A stretch of DNA of 64,000 nt from Alphaproteobacteria bacterium (GTDB lineage: Bacteria; Pseudomonadota; Alphaproteobacteria; Bin95). The notes beneath the pieces were generated by a model. The model was given only the letters and a program-made list of their open reading frames with translations. It ran no database searches and had not been told where the DNA came from. The stretch's first letter is position 1; each line of letters begins with the position of its first letter. The stretch lies in contig CAXXWS020000003.1 in NCBI GenBank assembly GCA_963665325.3, forward strand, positions 950,981-1,014,980, written 5' to 3'. This document shows, one piece after another, positions 58,201 to 64,000 of the stretch. The translations under genes were made by a program, and so were the position numbers.

Positions 58201-59801
58201 TGGGCCTGCGCCGTCGATACCATCGACATCTCGTCGGCGACCAGGATGGTACCCTCGAAGCGTTTCCTGAGTTCCGCCAGCGCCCGGTCGTCGAGCAGGT
58301 TGTCGCCGGCATCGCGGTAGCGGGCGAGGAACCATTGCAGCGTGCGCACCGGGATGCCGGCCTCCCGGCCCAGCACGCCCGCCGCCACCGCCGACGGCGC
58401 CAGGCCGAACACGCGCCGGTCGCCCGCAAGCGCCGCCGCCTCCCTCAGCATGGTGGTCTTGCCCGTGCCGGCATAGCCCTGCACGCCCACCACGAGATCG
58501 TCATGCAGCAGAATGGTGCGCACCGCCTCTTTCTGCCCGTCGGTCAGCACCGATGCCGCCAGCCGGGCCTCGACCGGCTCTGCTTCGGTCAACGGTCCGC
58601 CTGCGCCCGCGCCTTCCCCGAGCAGCGCCAGCATGCCGCGCTCCGTCCTGACCGTCCGGTCGGTGACGAAGGCGCGCCCGCTCACCCCCCGGCGCACCGT
58701 CTCCAGCAGATGGCCGTCGCGCAGGAGCTGCGCGATCGCCTCGTCCACGTCCCGGATGGTGTAGCGGCCCGGCGAGTGGGCGAGGCAGCGCGTGACAAGG
58801 TCGTTGGCCGCAAACACCGAGCGGCGTTCCTCCAGATGCGCTGCGGCCCGGCAGGCGATCTCCAGCATCGAGAGCACGGGCGGCGGCTGCGTCCGCCGCT
58901 TGCGCGGCCTCGCGAGACCGAGTTCCTTCGCCCGCCCCCGCCAGAGCTCCTCCAGCGCCGCCCGGCCCGGCTCGTTCTTGCGCGCCCTGGTCGCCAGCGC
59001 CGCCTGCTGCGCCCGCGCCGCATTGTAGTTCCAGCCCTTCTCGCGGATATATTTCAGGATCGCCCGGCGCCGCTTGGAGAACACGAACACCTCGGCGCGC
59101 CTGTAGCCCGCAATCTCGAAGCTCGGCACCCCGCCCGCCATCGAGGGCGAGAGCGTATAGCCCCGCTCCATCAGCCGCCGCGCCAGCTCGTTGCGGTAAA
59201 AGGCTCCGATCGTCATCTCGGCCGACTTCAGCCGGCCCGTGTCGAGGCTCCGCCAGCGCCCCTCCGCGTCCTGCGTCATGTTGGCGACAACGGCATGCGT
59301 GTGCAGCTGCGGGTCCAGGTCCCGGCTCGCTATGTGCCGGAACGTCGCCGCCACCATCGAGGGCGAAGGCGCGCGCCGCATGCGCCTGAACTCCCGGTCC
59401 CACACGCGCGTCTCCAGCAGCCGCGCCTCGATGAAATCGAGTGTCGCCTTCACCGCCCCGTCATGCGCGCGCACCACGTCGTCACGGCCCCACAGCAGGC
59501 CCTCCAGCGAAACGGATTTCGGCGCCGAGAAGGTGATGTCGTGGCCGGGCTCGTGCTCCGTCTCGCCCTCGCGCGTCCGCCGCCCGAGGCGGATGTCCGT
59601 CTTCGGGACCTTCCCTTCCAGGATCGAGCGAAACCGTTTCGCGTCGACGCGGCCCTTCAGGCCCAGCGCCGCCGCGCCCGTCCCGTGCCAGCGGCTCGCC
59701 CGACGGTGCTCGGGATCGTTGCGCGCATAGTAGCCGCCCTCGCGCTCGAAATAGCGAACCGAGGCGGCCGCCGACCCCAGCCTGTTGACCTTGGCTACCA
59801 T
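55269..59801 (-). CDS. MobF-family conjugative relaxase fused to a RecD/TraA-like helicase, with a long C-terminal extension
   Basis: 1510 aa. Relaxase motifs are YFEREGGYYARND (catalytic Tyr pair) and FRHIASRDLDPQLHTHAVVANMT (His triad). The helicase Walker A is VQGYAGTGKTT. The last ~650 aa are Ala/Arg/Glu-rich with no recognisable motif. Confidence 0.92.
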   Translation of the reverse strand: MVAKVNRLGSAAASVRYFEREGGYYARNDPEHRRASRWHGTGAAALGLKGRVDAKRFRSILEGKVPKTDIRLGRRTREGETEHEPGHDITFSAPKSVSLEGLLWGRDDVVRAHDGAVKATLDFIEARLLETRVWDREFRRMRRAPSPSMVAATFRHIASRDLDPQLHTHAVVANMTQDAEGRWRSLDTGRLKSAEMTIGAFYRNELARRLMERGYTLSPSMAGGVPSFEIAGYRRAEVFVFSKRRRAILKYIREKGWNYNAARAQQAALATRARKNEPGRAALEELWRGRAKELGLARPRKRRTQPPPVLSMLEIACRAAAHLEERRSVFAANDLVTRCLAHSPGRYTIRDVDEAIAQLLRDGHLLETVRRGVSGRAFVTDRTVRTERGMLALLGEGAGAGGPLTEAEPVEARLAASVLTDGQKEAVRTILLHDDLVVGVQGYAGTGKTTMLREAAALAGDRRVFGLAPSAVAAGVLGREAGIPVRTLQWFLARYRDAGDNLLDDRALAELRKRFEGTILVADEMSMVSTAQAHALMKIAAKLGVGRLVLVGDRKQLRAVEAGQPFRQLQEAGMATALMDDIRRQRNPVLKGAVVHTAAGEPRRALDLLGENVVELPADELAETAARLWLELSPEERRETLLLAPTHELRRGIVEEVREGLEVEGVLHGRVLEIETLAKLRMTRAETGDIRNWSEGDVAVFHRDIYPFRIRAGDACTVTGFEGDRAVLEHPDGRTRRIRPAGEIRYRLDLHETQTISIRAGDCIRWTRNDRARGLDNGATAEILSIGPRKLRLLTEDGRELEWRHDDPQLRHILHAWASTVHAAQGMTRDRVIAVADAGHGHLGGLQSFYVQISRARDNAVVLTDDRESLAAALEADSGERLTALEALGEDIALPEEETAVRAPLRVPAKQPLAPVLKPEAQEETVRAEMADALAPAQDAERRFEAWRASKARHDGEAAEAGVFPALHAGHDGLLAELWTLAEVEDAAPETRAAVEAALADMDAGRVSACLQELRQRLEARGTLLPGAERSRTVDRPGYAEWRRELESAATAARAVLADDGPPALPGDDGRKELKTMLSRADLRLSSDDELFRARTADARVRDWHGRWTKAMERVDEPGGAEEPDRLAGLARPIMDDPDLGNLNRRHVEIRLADWKARGEAETAGAAWLAAWNGDGEEERAERSEDTLGKGRSLSADPAMPPALRQDLLDALRAHDGVEAERAEREARRNRAREAATAARREADDIAFRLRTGNWTREADEMNGLLASGERLTGSRDLSGTERRRLEEALGRERERRATALLQAVRTLDPADPWPHALLSRAEAVARDPKLGEEHRTRLDTAVDNARKRAAAHDDFEKWRLDWDAFRGPVEAKGLVAFADRGCGPLVERARKLSRNPHIGAAAKKELDGNVHDHDIAWPLAVRRYGELLAQWKEIREEAKTRRIGRFDIIAGANIIEDMRELATSLHLSQTQKQTFLNIAAERDAHIERLRRHRQQERTLSRDIDQGRSM

Positions 59802-59872
59802 GTGCTTCTACCGGAACCCGGCATACCCGATCGCCGGGGCCGGCGCTACCGCGAAGCAGGGGGAAGGGGTCC

Positions 59873-60487
59873 ATGACGGAACGCGACGAGGACAGGCGGA
59901 TCGAGGAAGAACTCCAGCGCCGCGAGCGGCCCGCCGGGCAGCCGCAGGCCCCGGAACCCGCCAGGACGCCGGCAGCGCCGGGGCGGCAGGCGGGGACCGG
60001 GGGCAGCCCCGCGCCGCAACCGCCCGATGTCGAGGCCCTGTTCCTCAGGCTGGAAGCCCAGCTCGACGAGATGGAGGGCCGTGTGGCCGCCGGTATCGAT
60101 GCCGTGGCGGAACAGGTCGCCCCGGTGCCGGGCGCGGCGGCGGACCTCGCCGAATGGGTCCGGCGCGCGACGGCCAGGGGCGAGGCCGTCGACCGCCTGA
60201 CGCCCCTGCTGGAGGAATCCGTCGACCGCGAGAACCGCCTCCACCGCCCCGCCCGAAGGCGCGCCAGGGCGGCGGGGTTCGTCCTGGCGCTCGCGCTCAC
60301 GGCCGCAGTCGTCCTGTTCGTCCAGTGGCGCTTCGCCGTCATCGAGACCGCCGACCCCACGGACGGATGGCGCGGCCTTCTCTGGGAACGCTACGGAGCC
60401 GAACTGCGCGGCTGCGTCCTCCGCGCCGAACAGCAGGGCAAGGCCATGCTCTGCCAGGTCTTCGACCCCGAGCCCGCCCTACCGTAG
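59873..60487 (+). CDS. hypothetical membrane-anchored protein divergent from the relaxase gene
   Basis: 204 aa. It has a charged/Pro-rich N-terminus, a coiled-coil-like middle (LEAQLDEMEGRV), one TM segment (AAGFVLALALTAAVVLFV) and a small C-terminal domain. It is divergently transcribed 71 nt from the relaxase start. Confidence 0.55.
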   Translation: MTERDEDRRIEEELQRRERPAGQPQAPEPARTPAAPGRQAGTGGSPAPQPPDVEALFLRLEAQLDEMEGRVAAGIDAVAEQVAPVPGAAADLAEWVRRATARGEAVDRLTPLLEESVDRENRLHRPARRRARAAGFVLALALTAAVVLFVQWRFAVIETADPTDGWRGLLWERYGAELRGCVLRAEQQGKAMLCQVFDPEPALP

Positions 60488-61405
60488 CGCCCCACGATCC
60501 GGATGCGGCCGCGGAACCGGCGGCAACGGCGCGGTCCCGGCATAGCGGCCCTCCCGGTAAAGCCGGCCCTCCGCCGGCCCCTCCGGGTGACGAATGACCG
60601 TCACGCCGTCGAGCGCGCCGTCCTCGTACATCGCCTCCACCCGCCGCCCGTCCGGCCACGCGATCCGCCACAGCCCGTGCCGCCTGTCCTCGCGGTAGAT
60701 GCCCGTCTCCGAATAGCCGTCCGGCCAGCGATGCGCCCATCGTCCGACCTGCTTTCCGTTGACCTGCCGGCCCTCGTCGACCCGCCCGCCGGCGTAGATA
60801 TGCTTCCAGCGGCCGGTCGCCTTGCCGTGAACGAACGCGCCGTCGATCCGCGCGCCGCTGCGGTAATCGAAAACCCACACTCCATGCTTCATGCCCTTGC
60901 GGAACTCGCCGCGGCTTACATCCCCGTCCGGCTTTTCGACCGTCCAGATCCCGACCGTCTCGCCCTGCTCGTAGCGCCCGCTCAACCGCTCGCCGTTCGG
61001 GATCGCGATGGTCCAGAAACCCTGCTCCCCGCCAGGCCCGAACGACCCCTCCCGGCGTGTGCCGTCGACCTGCTCCAGCACCCACCCTCCCTGGCGCAGC
61101 CCGGCCGTGAACCGTCCCGTCTGCCGGTTGCCCTCCCGGTCCTCCAGAGCGCCCTCGCCCTCGGCCAGACCCTCCCGGCATGCCCCCGACCAGGTGAACG
61201 GCGCCTTGCCCCAGCGCGCGAACCGGCTCCGGAAATGGCAACCCGCGATGTTCTCCACCGGCGTCAGGCAGCCGGCCCCCGCAGGCGCTCCCGCATCTGT
61301 GCAGAGCGGCAAAGGCTCCGCGGCGCGCGCCATGCCGATCCAGACAAAAAGCGCCGAAACCGCCAGCAGCGCCGGAACGGCAGTTCGGAGGCTTCCATGG
61401 ATCAT
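60479..61405 (-). CDS. secreted MORN-repeat protein
   Basis: The start was set at MIHGSLRTAVPALLAVSALFVWIGMARA (ATG 61405), 308 aa. It has tandem G.(F/Y)..G..(H/V)G.W units and is a distant paralog of 33556..34722. Confidence 0.7.
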   Translation of the reverse strand: MIHGSLRTAVPALLAVSALFVWIGMARAAEPLPLCTDAGAPAGAGCLTPVENIAGCHFRSRFARWGKAPFTWSGACREGLAEGEGALEDREGNRQTGRFTAGLRQGGWVLEQVDGTRREGSFGPGGEQGFWTIAIPNGERLSGRYEQGETVGIWTVEKPDGDVSRGEFRKGMKHGVWVFDYRSGARIDGAFVHGKATGRWKHIYAGGRVDEGRQVNGKQVGRWAHRWPDGYSETGIYREDRRHGLWRIAWPDGRRVEAMYEDGALDGVTVIRHPEGPAEGRLYREGRYAGTAPLPPVPRPHPDRGALR

Positions 61406-61857
61406 CGGGGCAAGGTTGCGTTCGGGCGCGGCGCTATGGTTCGGGACGACAGCGTAGCGGGGCCGGGCGACCCATGCGAGCGCCCGCTCGGCATGGCGCG
61501 CAGGCCGGAACCGGACAGGCATGCGCCGTTTCCGGCCGTCGCCAGGCGGACAATGCACAAGAGAGGCAAACCCGGCGAGTTGCGTTGAGCGTCGGTTCGA
61601 ACCAGCTCGCGCTCCCGGTTCACCACTCGGCCAGCTTTGAAGGGAGGCTCGACGGCTCGCTCTCAGTGAGTATCGAGCACAATCGGGCCGACTAGCGTGC
61701 TCGACGCTCGTTGAGATCGGACGCGGCAAGTTAAGGGTATAAGCCCCCTAGATTAGGTGCTGACCGGCGTCGAAGCGGCGCGCAACGCAATACCATTTCC
61801 GCATGGAGGTGGGGCGCCCGCACCGTGCGCATCGTGCATACAGCTACAATATCTTGG

Positions 61858-62781
61858 TCATGATTCGTCCCCTCGGTCGACCCCATTGGCGAAATACGCG
61901 AGGGCCTTCTGGAGATGGTCAGCCATTGCGTTTCCGGCTACGGTAGGTACGCGTTCTGCCGGAGCGACCAAGCAGAGTCGCAGCTCGGACATCCGCTTTC
62001 CTTCCAAGGGAACTGCGATCAGGCTCCCGTCTGCCAATGCTTCGGAGAACTCCAGCTTTGTAGAAAATGCAATCCCGGCACCTTGCAGTAGAAGGCGCTT
62101 GACCATCGCCCGGGTGTTGGAGACCGCTGCTGGCTTGTGCACCCTCCTGAATGCTTCCATCTCATTACCGACAACCAGCTCCATCGTGTCGACAGGGTCC
62201 TGGTAGATCAGACGGTGGGTGCCGCACTCCTCAAGACTGACGGAGGCGCGCGACGCAAGTTCGTGGTCCGGCCTCATAACGGCGCACATCGGACAATCGA
62301 TGCGCTTGAGTACGGTGATGCCACGGCGGCAGACCGGGGAGAACGTCAAGCCGAGATCCGCGGTGCCCTGGCAGACAGAGTGCATGGCTTCAATCGAATC
62401 GCAGGCGGACACGCGGACCTGAGCCTTCGGATGCAGAGCAACGAATTGCGCTATCGCTTCGGGCAGAAACTGCACAGTGGGGTTGTCCAAGGTCGCAATA
62501 CTCACGCCGCCGCTCACGATGCCGCGCAGGTTGTCAATATCGCCGCGCAGCCGCGCGAAGTCGTGCAGCGTATCCCGTGCGTGGCGCAGCACCAACTTGC
62601 CTGCCTCGGTCAGCCGCATGCCCTCCGGGTGCCGTTCGAACAACAGCACGCCGAACTGATCCTCCAGCTTCAGGATTTGGCGGTTCACAGCCGACGCCGA
62701 AATATGAACCCTTTCCGACGCACGGCGGATCGACCCGTCCTCGGCCACCGCTTCGAAATAACGCAACACTGCTGCATGCAT
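61858..62781 (-). CDS. LysR family transcriptional regulator
   Basis: 307 aa. The wHTH is LRYFEAVAEDGSIRRASERVHISASAVNRQILKLEDQFGVLLFERHPEGMRLTEAGK. Confidence 0.9.
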   Translation of the reverse strand: MHAAVLRYFEAVAEDGSIRRASERVHISASAVNRQILKLEDQFGVLLFERHPEGMRLTEAGKLVLRHARDTLHDFARLRGDIDNLRGIVSGGVSIATLDNPTVQFLPEAIAQFVALHPKAQVRVSACDSIEAMHSVCQGTADLGLTFSPVCRRGITVLKRIDCPMCAVMRPDHELASRASVSLEECGTHRLIYQDPVDTMELVVGNEMEAFRRVHKPAAVSNTRAMVKRLLLQGAGIAFSTKLEFSEALADGSLIAVPLEGKRMSELRLCLVAPAERVPTVAGNAMADHLQKALAYFANGVDRGDES

Positions 62782-62787
62782 CCTGCG

Positions 62788-63417
62788 TCAGCCCCCGTTG
62801 TCTTTGCTTGCAATGCCCGCAACTCTTTCAACCAACCAGTGGTATTCTTGAGGGCTGCGATTCAGCAAATGTCTAGTGGCTGCAATGCGATCTGTCAATC
62901 CCTTCTCCTGAGACATTTTCACCCGACCCTCAATATCGTCGACGACAATTGTCACGCGACGGATCAAAGTTGACAACTGCCGAACTCGATTTTCAGTCTT
63001 GTCAAAAGTCCATCCCGCTATGGCAGGCTCCAGTTGCCGTGTGAGGTGTTCGATATCCTCGAGAATTTCTGACCCTGGATTCTCGATCCTTGCGTGTCCC
63101 GTTACATGAACAGAAATATAATTCCAGGTTGGCAACTGCCGCGTCGCGTACACAGTAGGGGAGACGTATGCATTGGGGCCAGAAAACACGACATAAACCG
63201 GACTCCCCTCCAATAACTCAATTTGAGGATTAGATTGGTCCATATGTCCGAGGAGTTTCACCACTCCCGAACATTCACTGCTTACAATAAGCGGAATATG
63301 GCTAGCGGCGAACTCCTTGCCACTCCAAGTGACAATGAGGCCCAAGGGAAAGGCTTGTATGATCGACACCAAACAGTCCAAGTCTTCTTCTCGGTACACG
63401 TCGTAATGATAAGCCAC
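62788..63417 (-). CDS. FMN-binding negative transcriptional regulator (PaiB family)
   Basis: 209 aa with GTG start. GHMDQSNP, VFSGPNAYVSPTVY, LPTWNYISVHVTG and IEGRVKMSQEK match the PaiB pattern. Confidence 0.8.
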   Translation of the reverse strand: MAYHYDVYREEDLDCLVSIIQAFPLGLIVTWSGKEFAASHIPLIVSSECSGVVKLLGHMDQSNPQIELLEGSPVYVVFSGPNAYVSPTVYATRQLPTWNYISVHVTGHARIENPGSEILEDIEHLTRQLEPAIAGWTFDKTENRVRQLSTLIRRVTIVVDDIEGRVKMSQEKGLTDRIAATRHLLNRSPQEYHWLVERVAGIASKDNGG

Positions 63418-63605
63418 CTACTTCCACCCTCTTCGTTGCTACGTTTTCCGACTAATCCGGCTCTCATGCTCAGACCTCAATTCTCAACTAACCTCGCCAT
63501 TCCTTGACCATAATGTTAGTCCTCCTTCGAATCCAATAGATCGCAGCGGCCCTCGTCTCCCAGCCGATCCATAATACAGTTCAGCCCGGGCTTGACACTT
63601 TTCTT

Positions 63606-64000
63606 CTAGTCAGTGCAATATCCCATAACCTCCTTATACAACCAATCTGGAACACACACACCATTTTCCCGAGTATAGTTTCTTACCGCATAACGTCTAT
63701 CGGAGGGCAAGCGCGTCCCCTCTTCTTCCAGGATCTTCTCAAACAGCGACTCCGCATGCTGGAGATTGACAGAACCATCGTACGAATCTCCGAAGTGGGC
63801 CGGGTCCATCGCAATAATCAATTCACCTCCTTCCGACGGCCCGCCATCGCTGTCATCGTCCTGGGCCGACTCGAAGCCGAACTTGCCTCCGCTGAGCCCA
63901 ACCGCCAATAGCTCCACCATCATTGCAATAGCGGCGCCCTTGTAGCCGCCGAAGGGCAACTGCGCACCTTCGAGGGCGGCGCCCGGGTCCGTCGTCGGCC
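63606..64000 (-). CDS. Ldh_2 family dehydrogenase, C-terminal part (gene continues past the right edge)
   Basis: ...LPFGGYKGAAIAMMVELLAVGLSGG...IIAMDPAHFG...RLPSDRRY aligns with the C-terminal halves of the two Ldh_2 paralogs at 4.2-6.4 kb. The reading frame stays open to position 64000. Confidence 0.8.
   Translation of the reverse strand, partial: PTTDPGAALEGAQLPFGGYKGAAIAMMVELLAVGLSGGKFGFESAQDDDSDGGPSEGGELIIAMDPAHFGDSYDGSVNLQHAESLFEKILEEEGTRLPSDRRYAVRNYTRENGVCVPDWLYKEVMGYCTD

Larger units (their letters stand above)
48764..61405. mobile_element. segment of an integrated mobilizable/conjugative element (relaxosome genes, candidate oriT, McrBC cargo, MobF relaxase); right boundary unresolved
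   Basis: The left end is defined by the truncated host gene plus a ~300-bp AT-richer spacer. The content is relaxase plus accessory RHH genes plus a restriction system. No integrase, T4CP or T4SS gene lies inside the window. The lower-GC block 61.4-64 kb may also belong to it. Confidence 0.5.

Noticed and set aside
61594-61603. GGTTCGAACC resembling a tRNA T-loop (possible tRNA or att fragment at the element's right side)
   Set aside because: The flanking bases do not form a T-stem or acceptor stem on either strand. It is simply a 10-bp palindrome.

Overview
High-GC chromosomal window, mid-60s % G+C by eye, with alphaproteobacterial-looking gene content. About 65 protein genes are supported. 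I saw no rRNA, tRNA or CRISPR array. The ORF track contains many long spurious antisense or fused ORFs, which is typical of high-GC DNA, and it also translates GTG/TTG starts as M. Several starts were therefore re-derived from the sequence.

Layout:
- 1-451: N-terminus of a P4-type tyrosine integrase running off the left edge.
- 0.5-14.8 kb: mixed accessory metabolism. It includes a Tat-secreted PAP2/haloperoxidase-like protein, DJ-1, two tandem Ldh_2 dehydrogenases, LysR, GNAT, SpoU, a quinone oxidoreductase, an M48 lipoprotein, a large FAD/Fe-S dehydrogenase and a GST.
- 14.9-22.3 kb: housekeeping core with dnaJ-dnaK, DUF1848, uracil-DNA glycosylase, an NYN protein, folK and rho.
- 22.3-33.4 kb: an AbiEii-like nucleotidyltransferase pair, D-aminoacylase, an SDR/GST/aldolase block, a 2OG oxygenase and an amidase. 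Two AbrB-PIN toxin-antitoxin modules and two copies of a hairpin-forming MITE lie among them.
- 33.5-48.5 kb: an SH3/MORN protein, a translationally coupled HisD-like/amidohydrolase/Rieske cluster, a PLP decarboxylase, an OmpR-type two-component system with HtrA, meaB plus methylmalonyl-CoA mutase, DUF1330, a VanX-type dipeptidase and a small DMT transporter.
- From about 48.76 kb: an integrated mobile element. It starts at a truncated isochorismatase-like gene. It carries four genes with five copies of one ribbon-helix-helix (MobC-like) module, an AT-rich iteron plus hairpin region that is a candidate oriT, a McrBC-type restriction pair whose McrB has a long N-terminal region, and a 1510-aa MobF relaxase-helicase. 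Further right are a small membrane protein and a MORN protein, then a markedly lower-GC LysR/PaiB/Ldh_2 block running off the right edge.

The most interesting material is this element: the relaxosome-module array, the candidate oriT and the McrBC cargo. The MITE pair whose termini supply stop codons to two genes comes next.
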